This document shows, piece by piece, positions 18,621-28,998 of a stretch of DNA of 64,000 bases. Where the stretch lies: positions 1,376,001-1,440,000 of the forward strand of contig CAVVUN010000015.1 in the NCBI GenBank assembly GCA_963751455.1, given 5' to 3'. The first letter of the stretch is position 1; every line of letters begins with the position of its first letter. The stretch is from Nitrospirota bacterium (GTDB taxonomy: Bacteria; Nitrospirota; UBA9217). The notes beneath the pieces are model-generated. The model did no database searches and was not told where the DNA came from. It saw only the letters and a list, made by a program, of their open reading frames with translations. Position numbers and translations under genes: made by a program.

Positions 18621-19097
18621 ATGCGATTCAAGTCATTTTTTGTGACATCGTCGGTTGTAGCTTTTGTAATTGCTGCTCTATTATCTTTCCAGGCTAGCGG
18701 TGCTCCCAAATCGCGTATTGAAATACGTTGGAAGAAGGACATATCCCTTTCAGGGACTTATTTTTTATCCTCCCTAGTTAATCGCAAGGCTAGAACCTTC
18801 GGTTGGACCGAAGCAATCTGGGAGTCCCCCCCTGTTTTTGCAGGATTCGAGATTGTACGCCGAGGACCGAAATACTTTTTTGCTGGCGGAAATCTCCATG
18901 AAGAAGTTGTGTGGTTCCAAATTGTTGGAAATACACTGGAGGGAAATCCATGTGATCCACGCGGTAATTTCTGTATCTCTCGGATTCAGATAATCGATAA
19001 AGACACTTTTACCATTTGTATAAACGATAAAGAAGAAAATACATATTACAGAGTCGACGGAATGACTCAAATATATCCTAAAGAAGAGAAACCCTAA
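18621..19097 (+). CDS. Secreted hypothetical protein, possible orphan immunity protein
   Basis: aggaggg RBS; signal peptide; located in the orphan-cassette zone. Confidence 0.6.
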   Translation: MRFKSFFVTSSVVAFVIAALLSFQASGAPKSRIEIRWKKDISLSGTYFLSSLVNRKARTFGWTEAIWESPPVFAGFEIVRRGPKYFFAGGNLHEEVVWFQIVGNTLEGNPCDPRGNFCISRIQIIDKDTFTICINDKEENTYYRVDGMTQIYPKEEKP

Positions 19098-19464
19098 TGG
19101 TTCGCCCGGTGATGAAATCCATCTGATCGGGAAAAGATTAATGGAAGGCTGAGATAGTTCTAACCGTTCGGCTCGTTGCGCCAAGATAAATCCGAAACAG
19201 AGGGGAGGTAATCTAGGAAATCTGTTATTGTCTGCTGCCCACGCTGCGTTACTATGCTTGCTCTCTGGTTTCGCTCGTGTCATAAAATATTTAAAGCAAG
19301 AATCAGTTCTTTTGGGGACCGAACTTTATGGTGATGAAACAGGTGAATATTACCAGGTGGATAAGAACGGGAATATATATACGATCAATGGCGATTTAAT
19401 AAAAAAGCGCAGAGTATCCTTATCCGATAAGCCAATGCATAATCTCAGAAGAGGCGGTGCGATT

Positions 19465-22400
19465 ATGAGAAGAGCGTTAATTATTGCTGTTATCCTGGCG
19501 TGTTTATTACAGGCATTTCCTTGCAGGGCTCATAGCGCATCAATATCGAGCGGCGCCGAATGGTTAATGTCTACTCAAAACGCTGATGGCAGTTGGGGCT
19601 CGGAAGATTTTACTCTGATCAATACATCATTAACGCTAGATGCTCTCACAGCAACCGGGAATACCGGAACAAATTTTACCGAGGGACTAAACTGGCTGAC
19701 CCTACAAACTGATATACCGACGACAGATGAATTAGCTCGGAAAATAATCACTGCGGCTAAGGCTGTCATCGATGTCAGTGAATTGATAGATAATCTCGTT
19801 GGTTACAGAAATTCTGACGGGGGATGGGGCGCAAAGATCGGCTCATTCAGTGATCCTGAAACTACCGCCCTCGCCCTCAAAGCCCTTCATGCCGCAAATT
19901 ATTCCGATACGACAGTCATCGGGCAGTCTTTGAACTACCTCACCAAAAATCAAAATTCGGACGGCGGGTGGGGATTCAGGTCAGCGAGTGAAGGACTGCT
20001 GGCGGACGAAAGCAATGCATATGTAACCGCGTTAGTGCTTCGGGCTTTGTCTTCATACAATTCCGTATTCATTAATCAGGAAGCAATTAATAACGCTTCG
20101 GCATATCTTCTCATGAAACAGAACACTGATGACGGCTTCGGTAGCTCTCCCTCAACAATTTATGAAACCGCGTTGTCGGTTATGTCTTTGATCGAAAGTG
20201 GAAAGAGCAGTTCAGAAACGATTATCAACGGAATTAATTACCTTACATCCATGCAATCACCAAATGGCTCATGGAATGATGATCCATATTCTACCGCTCT
20301 TGCTCTTCAGGCGTTGGCTGCAGCGAGGCCGAATCTCACTGTCTCCTCGATTTCGCTTTCGAATCCAATGCCGCAGGAGAATGTAGAAACAGCTATTACT
20401 GCTACGATAAAAAATGCTGGATATGAAGATGCTTCTAACGTTGCCGTTCGTTTCTATCTTGGCGATCCTTCGATAAACTCAGGACAGGTCCCTTCGACAG
20501 GTGGTATTCAAGTCGGTGCTGATCAAATTATTCCGTCTCTTACTCCGAACTCCTCAACTCCCGTCTCTATAACTGCTTCATTCACCGGCACCGGCGGCAA
20601 GACTATCTTCGTTGTCGTTGATCCTGATAATACAATATCCGAAACATCCGAAACCGACAATAAATCCTCCACCCGCGTTTGGGTGGCAACGTGTCCTGAT
20701 TTGGCGGTTTATTCTGAGGACCTGAAACCTTCAACCTATGTCCCCGTTTCGGGAACTGCGTTTACCATGGAATATAAAATTCGTAATCTCGGTGAGAGTG
20801 CTACCGGCGCATTTACAGTCAGCCTCTACGACGGTGATCCTTCACAGGCTGGCGTCCTTTTGCAGAGTGTCAATATCTCCGGCCTTATGGGGACGGAGGT
20901 AAGAACGGGAACGGTGGGCGTTACATTAACCGGGAATGGTTCGCATACCCTTTATCTGGTCGCTGATAAAGATAGCGCGGTCACCGAATTATCCGAGACG
21001 AACAACACCGGCTCGGTTACTGTTCAGGTTGGAGGCACACAGAAGTTTGCGGATCTTGTGGCAGGAATGATACAGATTACGCCGGCACGGCCGAACGTGG
21101 ATGAGACGGTGCAGATAACAGTGCCGGTCAGAAACAAAGGATCAGAAGCGGCGTCGTTCTTTACGGTAGAGATATTCGACGGCCTCCCGGATGCCGGAGG
21201 CACGCTGATTCACTCACAAACGATTTCTCTTGCGTCTGGCGCTGAACAGATCATTTCAGCGAATTGGACAATCGCGTCAGGTATTCACGAGCTCTATCTG
21301 ATCGTGGACCGCTCCAACCAGATCAGCGAGACAAACGAAACGAACAATCAGGCGTCTGTCAAAATCATGCCCGATATGGTGGATATCTCTCTCTCCGCTA
21401 CTGATCTGACATTTATACCTGAGCACCCGGTTAATGGCGATACGGTTCTCCTTTCAGTTAAGGTGAACAACGCCGGGATCAAGGAGACCGGAGCATTCAA
21501 CTTTGCACTCTATGATGGAGATCCGGCGGCAGGAGGCACACTTTTGCAGACCTTCTCCATCGCGAACATTGCCGGTGACGCAAGCACGACTGTAACCTAC
21601 AATTTCACCGCTGTTCCCTGGACCTATCGGTTCTATGCTATTGCCGACACGGAGAACACCGTCACCGAACTCTACGAGGCAAATAATCTCGCCATCCGTT
21701 CACTAAAGATCAAAGCCCCCGGAGAAATTCTCGGTCCTGATCTTGTGCCCACCAAAATCGATCTTTTGTCCATGACCACCGACACCCAGACCCTGTCAAC
21801 AGGCGACAGCGCAAAAATCACGTTCCAGAACAAGGGCGATGACAAGATCGCCAGTTCCTTCAGCGTCTTGGTATTCGACGATATCGACATGAACGGGGCC
21901 TACACGCCCGGTATGGACAACATTCTCAGTACCGGCACCAGTACAATCCCAATCTGGCCTGAAGGCGTGGGCATGGTAAGCATGACGCTTTCCGGGTCAG
22001 TGAAGTTCCTGAATACGCCGCTTTATGCCATGATAGACGCGGACGACACGATCCACGAACAGGACGAGACGAACAATATCCTTTCCTCGTGCAAGGATTG
22101 CCAAGTTGTGCCAACGAACCCATTGCAGCCGACGGTGAAGTGGAAGTGGTGGGGCCCGTACGATGAGTATTTCTATACGCCACCCTCAATTATGAACCTG
22201 AGGGACACGAACAGCGATAGTAAAATTGATCAAAACGACACTCCGGATATTATCATAAACGCCGGCGCGCGGACTGGCAATAGCATTTATGGAACCATTC
22301 GGGCGTTTAAAGGCAATATGGGCGAAAATTACATGAACCTCAAGGATGCAAACAACCGGCCAAGCGCTTATTCTTATACTGCAGCCGGTGATATCGACAG

Positions 22401-25400
22401 CGACGGAAAACCAGATATCCTTAGCGCCCGCAGTAGTGCAAGCGGGTACAGTATCGTTGCATATAATAACGACGGGACTGTTAAGTGGAACAATATCGCC
22501 AACGTCAACGCCTGGAATGCCTCCCATCTCCCTGGGACTGTCTGGAACTATTTAGATATTCGTCCTGATGGGATTCTCGCTCTTGCGGACCTCGATGGCA
22601 ACGGGACAAAGCAAATCGTCATGGGCCCGAACATTATTAATGCGGATGGTTCCATCCGGTGCGCGAGGGACCATTTTGTGTACAGTGGTGAAGGTATGGC
22701 ATATAATTACGGGGGGTTCTATGCGGTCAGCATCGCTGATCTTGATCTGGATGGCAGGCAGGAAATCATCGGGGGAAACGCCGCATATGACGGCAATTGC
22801 AACCTTAAGTGGTGGAACAGTGTCTTGCCGGACGGCGCAACCGCAATAGCGAATTTTAATGATGATGTATATCCGGAGATTGTTTTGGTGACCAATTATC
22901 AGCATCGCTCCAGTGTTTACCTCCTCGATCGCAATGGAAGCGTTAAATGGGGACCGGTGTACATCTATCGGCTGAACGGCGAAGCAACTCCAACCGGATA
23001 TAATATAAGCCAGCCGGTTGTGTCGGATTTCGACGGCGACGGCACTACGGATATAGGAGTCATGTACGACGGCAAGATTTTTATTCTGAATAGAAGCGGT
23101 CAACTAGTGCATCGGTTCCCGATCCCGGGTAAATACAATGAAGTTGGTTGGGGAAATTACCCGACTGCGCCCACGGTTTTTGACCTCGACGGCGACGGAA
23201 GTCCAGAGATAATGTTCAACTCAGCCGGTTACTTCCGCATCATGAACGGCAAAAACGGCGTCACATTATTTCAAGAGGCTTTCGGATATGCTGACGCCAA
23301 TATTCAAAATACTGTGGTTGCTGACGTGGACGGCGATGGCCATGTTGAAGTAGTCGTTGTCGGTCCTGACGTCAATAACGGCATTATGACGGCCATACGC
23401 GTGTATGGTTCATCCGACCACAGTCAGCCCTGGGTCAATGGCCGCCGCATCTGGAACCAGCCCTCCTACCACGTCACGAACGTGAACGACGACGGCTCTA
23501 TCCCGCAGTATGAAACCCCGAGCTGGCTTATGAACAACACCTACCGTACGCAGGCGGCAATCGGCCCGAATCCGAATCCGTACCTGACGCCCAACCTGAC
23601 GGTTTCTTACTTCCGGCAACAGCAGGAAAACGCCGGCCTGAACGTCACGGTCCGCGTCGGGAACGGCGGGGCCACAGAAGCTTCGGCAGGCGCGGGCGTC
23701 TCGTTCCACAACGGAACCTCGCAGGGCGGAACCCTTCTTGGTACGATATACACAACCAAAACCCTGCAGCCCGGAGAGTACGAGGACGTTTCGTTCACCG
23801 TGGGCAGCGCTTATGCAGGCAGCGCGGCAATAACCGTGGTCGTGGACGAGGCGGCCCTGGTCTCCGAATGCCGTGAGGACGACAATACCGTCACTCTCTC
23901 GTTGAGCGCGATATCCGGCATGCCCGACCTCACCATAGGCGCTGAAGATATTACGCTTTCATCAGGTCCGTATTATGAAGGCGGTTTCGTATCGATAACG
24001 GCAAACGTCAGGAATGCAGGCTATTATCCTGCTGCAAATACGCAAATCCGGCTTTATGACGGAAATCCCGAACCCGACGGGATGCAGATAGGAACACAGA
24101 CGATTTCCTGGATCGATGCAGGCGGATCAGCAACAATCACGTTTACTTTCGACACCCTCGGCAAATCCGGAACCCACGTGCTGTACGCGGTCGCGGACCC
24201 TGAAAATGCAATCATTGAGACAAACGAACAAAACAACAGCGCAGGCGCAACACTTGATGTAGAGCAGCCGATTTTGCCGAACCTGACGGTCACGTCGAAT
24301 GACATTGCTCTATCGTCGTCATCGCTCAGGGAAGGGGAGCAGCTTACAGTAAACGCAACCGTCTTGAACCGGGGAACATCGGTTGGCGCAATTCCAGTCA
24401 GACTCTCGCTTACATCTGCCGGATCAGGAACAGAATCGATCTCTCAAACGATCTACCCGGTCCTCGGCCTCGGTCAGTCTGTAACGGTGCAGGCAACCTT
24501 TGAGACAGTCGGATTGTCCGGCACACAGACGGTCCTCATAGAAGTCGACCCTGACAATGCCATCGCGGAAGGCATAGAAACCGACAACACGGCCTCCGCA
24601 TTGGTTTCAATCCAGAGCGCGGGAATTGCATCGAGCCTGAGCATCGATAAAACTCAGTATGGCTCGCATGCAGATTCGAACATAATCGTGTCTATTCACA
24701 ACAATAATTCTTCCTCCTGGTCCGGCAGCGGCTCGATATTCATAGAAGATACAGCCGGAAATCGAATCGCCTCAGCAGCAACATTCACCGTGACCGAACT
24801 CGTACCCGCAGGTCCGGCAGGCAGGGCGTATCGGATACCCGCATCACTAACAGCAGACCGGACCATGAAAGACGCACTCGCGCAGACAAACATAGATTTT
24901 GCTTCAGCTCTTTCAATCCTGGGCATACCGGATAAGTCTGTTGATCAAAACTCGCTTCGCGTCCTGGAACTGGACGGCCAAGGGAACATCGTCAATGAAA
25001 AACAGGCAAAGGCCGAATTCCAGGCGGATGGTTCGGCAAATGTTACCTGGCTTGTCGACGGGATCACCCAGGCAGACTCAACCAGAAGCTTCGCAGTCTA
25101 CTTCGATACGAGCGACCACGGTCCCAAGACTCCGTCACAAAACACAAATCTTATCATGAACGGGCAACTTATCGCTTTCACGGACGATTCAGGCAAAATC
25201 TATACCATTGAAAGCAATGGCGATGGAACATTCACGACAGCCAACCTTATCGATGACATATCGACTTCGAACGACAATATCCGGGGCGTCGTGCTCGATG
25301 ACTTCAATAACGACGCTTTCACGGACGTGATCACCGGCCGAGGCACAACCGGAGAACTCTATTATTACCAGAACAAGGCAGACGGCACGAACACATTCCT

Positions 25401-28400
25401 TGCAAGAGTCAAGATCGGCGCAATTACCGCCTCCAGTTGGATCATGGATATGGCAACCGCCGATTTCAACAACGACGGCTTTGAGGACTTTGTCGTGAGC
25501 GGCAACAATAAAAACCTCTATCTGTTCCAGGGAAATGGAAACGGCGCCTTTACCCAGACCACACTGGCCTCTCCGGCGAGCGCAGTGGCATTGAGAGGCA
25601 AGACGGCAGCCGATGTTGACCGTGACGGAAAGGTCGATCTGTTCATCGGAAACTATAGTGACGGCGCACTCTACCTCTACAGAGGCAGCGGGAACGGTGC
25701 TTTTTCATCACCGGTTAAAATCGGCACAAGCGGCGCCGATCCGTACGGCGTTATTGCCCGCGATTTTGACGAGGACGGCAGGATAGATCTGATTGCAAGC
25801 ACCAGCGCCAGTGGAGGCGCCAATCTCTTCAAAGGCATTGGCGACGGCGCCTTCGCCTCTCCGGTTTCCGTGCCGTCCCTTATCACAGGCAGTGCAATCG
25901 GATTCGACGCTGGAGATTTCAACAATGACGGTCATATGGATATAATCGCCGCAAACTGCGGCAGTAAAAACATTGCATTCTACCCGGGCAGGGGAGACGG
26001 GAGTTTCGGTCAGAAAGTACAGCTCGCTTCCACGGCCTACTGCAGTCTCGGCATCAGCGCCTTGCCGGCCCCGCCCGAGATATCCGTTGTGACGGGACAG
26101 GCCGAGCCGGTTCCCTCGCAGACGTATTCCTTTACCTGGAACACGGGCGGAACATACGCAGGCGCCTATCAGGTACATGCAATATTGTCCGAACCCGGCA
26201 AGGCCGTGTCTGAAAACCGCGCTTCTTTCGACATTCTGCCGGATATGAACGCCCAGGCAGGCGTCACCACGGACAAGATTTCGTATAATCCGAACGAGAC
26301 AATAACGCTTTCTTCGACAGTTACGAGCCTGAGCGGGAATTATGCTTTTGAAAACCTGGCAGCCCGGGTAGAGATCAGTTCAAGCGGTTCAAACAGTTTA
26401 AACGGTCTGGTCTTCGTCGAAACGAAGACCATATCCACCCTCATGCCCGGGGCCGCGTACACGTTCAAGAGTTACTGGAACGTAGGGACGAATGCGCCGG
26501 GGACATATCCGGTAACTCTCGAGATAAAAGATGCGACAGGCACGGTCATTGCCGCGGGCACACAGAACGTTGTGATCGCGAATACGCTCAAACCTTCAGC
26601 CATGCTCAAGGGCCAGATTGCCGTAGACAAGCAGAGCCTGCTGTCCGGCGAGACAGTGACGATCTCGTATGGCGTAACGAACACGGGAAATACCGATCTC
26701 GAGAACATTGCGCTCTCGGTCCTGACCGTCCATGCAGTAAACGAGTCGATATACGACACGATCACTGATCAAGCTAGCGTTGCCATGGGTGCAACGTCCA
26801 GCAATTCCGCTTCAATCAACACCACAAACTACAGCGCCAGGGATTACCTGGTTATTCTGCGGGCAAATATCGCCGGGGTGGAAGAGACCCTTGCCGGGAC
26901 CTACTTCAGGGTCGAAGGGGCGCCGTCCGCGCCGTCGCTCGCCGGGCCCGGACAGGCTGCGGATGTCCTGACCTTCTTTCCTGAGCTTTCTGTGAATAAT
27001 GCGTCAGATCCGAACGACGACAAGCTCTTGTATGAGTTTGAGGTGTACAGCGACCCCGGCTTAGCGAATCTCATCACCAGTTCCTCCGGCACGGTCTCCG
27101 AACAGGCCGGAATCACAAAATGGATCGTAGCCGTGGCCCTTTCCGAAAACCAGACCTATTACTGGCGTACACGAGCATATGACGGGAAGTTGTACGGGCC
27201 ATGGATGTCCATCGACTCTGCTCAGGACAGGCCGGCATCTTTCAGGGTCAACACCGTGAATGATCCGCCGACTGCGCCTATTCCAACGAGCCCTGCAGAT
27301 GGCACAGATGTGTCCGTTCTTACTCCAATTCTGACTGTCACCAATGCGGCTGATCCGGACAGCGCCAGCCTCACGTATAATTTCGATGTGGCACAGGATC
27401 CTGATTTTGCCGGCATCGTGATATCTGCAAAAGGCGTATTGAGCGGCCAAGGCAATACTTCGTGGCAGCCGACCCTGAGCCTTGAGGAGAATGTTTGGTA
27501 TTACTGGAGAGCGCAGGCTGATGACTGGCTGGATGAAGGACCGTGGTCAGTCACTTCCCGGTTCTTCGTGAACACGTCTAATGACGCGCCTACTGCGCCT
27601 TCGATAACCATGCCGGCCGATAATTCTACGGTGTCTGCCCTTACTGCCGATATTATTGTCGCAAACAGCACTGACCCTGATTCTGCGGTTATTAACTACT
27701 TTATCGAGCTTGATACAGCCATGACCTTCGATTCCGGTAATGTGATCAGGTCGGGCGCTGTTATGGCAGGACAGGCCTCTTCGACAGGCTCAGGGCAGGA
27801 TACGACAATGTGGCACGTGGATGGGCTCCGGGACAATACCCGATACTATCTCCGAGCGAAGGCAAGCGACGGCGCTGCCGAAAGCGCCTGGTCGTCAGTG
27901 GTATCTTTCTTTGCTAATACTGCCAACGACGCCCCGACAGCGCCGCTGCCCGCAAATCCTTCCAACAATGCCGGCGTGAATGTTTTCATGCCGACATTGT
28001 CCGTGCACAACTCGGCGGACCTTGACGGAGACGCTCTCACTTACGAATTCGAGCTCTATAGTGATGCGGCTATGTTGAACCCGGTCCGGAATGCCTCAGG
28101 CCTTGCTGAAACAGCTCAAATTACCTCGTGGACTGTGCCGGTATCGCTTATTGAAAACCAGATTTATTACTGGCGCGCCCGGTCCTTTGACGGAATAGCT
28201 GTAAGCGCCTGGACTACCCTTTCCCAATTCACCGTAAATACTGCCAATGACTCACCGGGCGCGCCGGGCCTCTCATCGCCTGCTGAAGGGAGCAGCCTTT
28301 CAACAACGACGCCCACGCTCTCGATCACGAATGCAGTGGATCCGGACAGCGATAATCTTACTTATGATTTCGAGATCTACTCGGGCGGCGTGCTTGTAAA

Positions 28401-28899
28401 CGCGGCGTCTGGAGTCGGAAGCCAGGAGTCAGGAGTAACATCGTGGATTGTATTGACGACGCTGACGGACAATACGGCGTACGCATGGCGGGCGCGCGCC
28501 TTTGACGGCGACCAATATGGTTCATGGATGGGCATGGCCACATTCTCGATCCATATTCCGAAAACGAGCATCAATGCAACAATTGATTTTGATCCTGATA
28601 CTTTGAATAAAAAGAGCAAAGGCACCTGGGTCGTCGTGTATATCGAACTTCCCGTCGGGTACAAGCCGGCTGATGTCGACATCGCCTCGATTCGACTGGA
28701 AGGGACGGTACCTGCTGAGCTCTGGCCGTATGCAAGCGGAGATCATGATAAGGACGGCATCCCGGAGCTTATGGTCAAGTTCAAGCGGAGCGACGTGATA
28801 AGCGTGATCGGAAACGGAGATAATATCCCGGTACAGGTAAAAGGCAAGGTCGGAACCATGACATTTGAAGGAGCGGATGTTATCAGGGTGATACCGTAA
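19465..28899 (+). CDS. Giant secreted prenyltransferase-repeat/CARDB/FG-GAP/FN3-like protein (3144 aa, copy 3)
   Basis: Start moved to ATG 19465 (MRRALIIAV signal peptide, parallel to 7872). QW-type repeats, CARDB units, two sets of DxDxDG FG-GAP blades, five NDxPxAP...YYWRxRAxDG repeats, and a C-terminal domain with GDHDKDG. Confidence 0.88.
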   Translation: MRRALIIAVILACLLQAFPCRAHSASISSGAEWLMSTQNADGSWGSEDFTLINTSLTLDALTATGNTGTNFTEGLNWLTLQTDIPTTDELARKIITAAKAVIDVSELIDNLVGYRNSDGGWGAKIGSFSDPETTALALKALHAANYSDTTVIGQSLNYLTKNQNSDGGWGFRSASEGLLADESNAYVTALVLRALSSYNSVFINQEAINNASAYLLMKQNTDDGFGSSPSTIYETALSVMSLIESGKSSSETIINGINYLTSMQSPNGSWNDDPYSTALALQALAAARPNLTVSSISLSNPMPQENVETAITATIKNAGYEDASNVAVRFYLGDPSINSGQVPSTGGIQVGADQIIPSLTPNSSTPVSITASFTGTGGKTIFVVVDPDNTISETSETDNKSSTRVWVATCPDLAVYSEDLKPSTYVPVSGTAFTMEYKIRNLGESATGAFTVSLYDGDPSQAGVLLQSVNISGLMGTEVRTGTVGVTLTGNGSHTLYLVADKDSAVTELSETNNTGSVTVQVGGTQKFADLVAGMIQITPARPNVDETVQITVPVRNKGSEAASFFTVEIFDGLPDAGGTLIHSQTISLASGAEQIISANWTIASGIHELYLIVDRSNQISETNETNNQASVKIMPDMVDISLSATDLTFIPEHPVNGDTVLLSVKVNNAGIKETGAFNFALYDGDPAAGGTLLQTFSIANIAGDASTTVTYNFTAVPWTYRFYAIADTENTVTELYEANNLAIRSLKIKAPGEILGPDLVPTKIDLLSMTTDTQTLSTGDSAKITFQNKGDDKIASSFSVLVFDDIDMNGAYTPGMDNILSTGTSTIPIWPEGVGMVSMTLSGSVKFLNTPLYAMIDADDTIHEQDETNNILSSCKDCQVVPTNPLQPTVKWKWWGPYDEYFYTPPSIMNLRDTNSDSKIDQNDTPDIIINAGARTGNSIYGTIRAFKGNMGENYMNLKDANNRPSAYSYTAAGDIDSDGKPDILSARSSASGYSIVAYNNDGTVKWNNIANVNAWNASHLPGTVWNYLDIRPDGILALADLDGNGTKQIVMGPNIINADGSIRCARDHFVYSGEGMAYNYGGFYAVSIADLDLDGRQEIIGGNAAYDGNCNLKWWNSVLPDGATAIANFNDDVYPEIVLVTNYQHRSSVYLLDRNGSVKWGPVYIYRLNGEATPTGYNISQPVVSDFDGDGTTDIGVMYDGKIFILNRSGQLVHRFPIPGKYNEVGWGNYPTAPTVFDLDGDGSPEIMFNSAGYFRIMNGKNGVTLFQEAFGYADANIQNTVVADVDGDGHVEVVVVGPDVNNGIMTAIRVYGSSDHSQPWVNGRRIWNQPSYHVTNVNDDGSIPQYETPSWLMNNTYRTQAAIGPNPNPYLTPNLTVSYFRQQQENAGLNVTVRVGNGGATEASAGAGVSFHNGTSQGGTLLGTIYTTKTLQPGEYEDVSFTVGSAYAGSAAITVVVDEAALVSECREDDNTVTLSLSAISGMPDLTIGAEDITLSSGPYYEGGFVSITANVRNAGYYPAANTQIRLYDGNPEPDGMQIGTQTISWIDAGGSATITFTFDTLGKSGTHVLYAVADPENAIIETNEQNNSAGATLDVEQPILPNLTVTSNDIALSSSSLREGEQLTVNATVLNRGTSVGAIPVRLSLTSAGSGTESISQTIYPVLGLGQSVTVQATFETVGLSGTQTVLIEVDPDNAIAEGIETDNTASALVSIQSAGIASSLSIDKTQYGSHADSNIIVSIHNNNSSSWSGSGSIFIEDTAGNRIASAATFTVTELVPAGPAGRAYRIPASLTADRTMKDALAQTNIDFASALSILGIPDKSVDQNSLRVLELDGQGNIVNEKQAKAEFQADGSANVTWLVDGITQADSTRSFAVYFDTSDHGPKTPSQNTNLIMNGQLIAFTDDSGKIYTIESNGDGTFTTANLIDDISTSNDNIRGVVLDDFNNDAFTDVITGRGTTGELYYYQNKADGTNTFLARVKIGAITASSWIMDMATADFNNDGFEDFVVSGNNKNLYLFQGNGNGAFTQTTLASPASAVALRGKTAADVDRDGKVDLFIGNYSDGALYLYRGSGNGAFSSPVKIGTSGADPYGVIARDFDEDGRIDLIASTSASGGANLFKGIGDGAFASPVSVPSLITGSAIGFDAGDFNNDGHMDIIAANCGSKNIAFYPGRGDGSFGQKVQLASTAYCSLGISALPAPPEISVVTGQAEPVPSQTYSFTWNTGGTYAGAYQVHAILSEPGKAVSENRASFDILPDMNAQAGVTTDKISYNPNETITLSSTVTSLSGNYAFENLAARVEISSSGSNSLNGLVFVETKTISTLMPGAAYTFKSYWNVGTNAPGTYPVTLEIKDATGTVIAAGTQNVVIANTLKPSAMLKGQIAVDKQSLLSGETVTISYGVTNTGNTDLENIALSVLTVHAVNESIYDTITDQASVAMGATSSNSASINTTNYSARDYLVILRANIAGVEETLAGTYFRVEGAPSAPSLAGPGQAADVLTFFPELSVNNASDPNDDKLLYEFEVYSDPGLANLITSSSGTVSEQAGITKWIVAVALSENQTYYWRTRAYDGKLYGPWMSIDSAQDRPASFRVNTVNDPPTAPIPTSPADGTDVSVLTPILTVTNAADPDSASLTYNFDVAQDPDFAGIVISAKGVLSGQGNTSWQPTLSLEENVWYYWRAQADDWLDEGPWSVTSRFFVNTSNDAPTAPSITMPADNSTVSALTADIIVANSTDPDSAVINYFIELDTAMTFDSGNVIRSGAVMAGQASSTGSGQDTTMWHVDGLRDNTRYYLRAKASDGAAESAWSSVVSFFANTANDAPTAPLPANPSNNAGVNVFMPTLSVHNSADLDGDALTYEFELYSDAAMLNPVRNASGLAETAQITSWTVPVSLIENQIYYWRARSFDGIAVSAWTTLSQFTVNTANDSPGAPGLSSPAEGSSLSTTTPTLSITNAVDPDSDNLTYDFEIYSGGVLVNAASGVGSQESGVTSWIVLTTLTDNTAYAWRARAFDGDQYGSWMGMATFSIHIPKTSINATIDFDPDTLNKKSKGTWVVVYIELPVGYKPADVDIASIRLEGTVPAELWPYASGDHDKDGIPELMVKFKRSDVISVIGNGDNIPVQVKGKVGTMTFEGADVIRVIP
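20467..20497 (+). repeat. In-frame 24-bp CCTTCGA...CTCAGGACAGG repeat insertion
   Basis: GDPS[INSGQVPS]TGG against GDPSAGG in the paralog; CCTTCGA is duplicated 24 bp apart. Confidence 0.75.
27209..27233 (+). repeat. In-frame insertion of the same repeat family (SIDSAQDRP)
   Basis: ccatcgactctgctcaggacaggcc; 7 extra residues between the conserved W and F relative to the four sister repeats. Confidence 0.7.
27767..27799 (+). repeat. In-frame 24-bp insertion of the same repeat family (ASSTGSGQ)
   Basis: caggacagg-cctcttcgacaggct-cagggcagg; CAGGRCAGG is duplicated 24 bp apart. Confidence 0.7.
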
Positions 28900-28907
28900 G
28901 GCGGGAA

Positions 28908-28949
28908 AAATTGTAAATTGGAAATTGAAAATTGTAAAATGCAAAGTGT
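28908..28949. repeat. Heptamer tandem repeat (AAATTGN x6, degenerate)
   Basis: aaattgt aaattgg aaattga aaattgt aaaatgc aaagtgt. Confidence 0.85.
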
Positions 28950-28998
28950 ACCCTGCTCTTAGGAAGACGAGACATGTTTGGTGGTACAAGGAGGCCGT

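Noticed and set aside
19228-19464. ORF-track start for the giant protein (3223 aa)
   Set aside because: The signal peptide and the paralog 7872 place the start at ATG 19465; the upstream part looks like remnant DNA.
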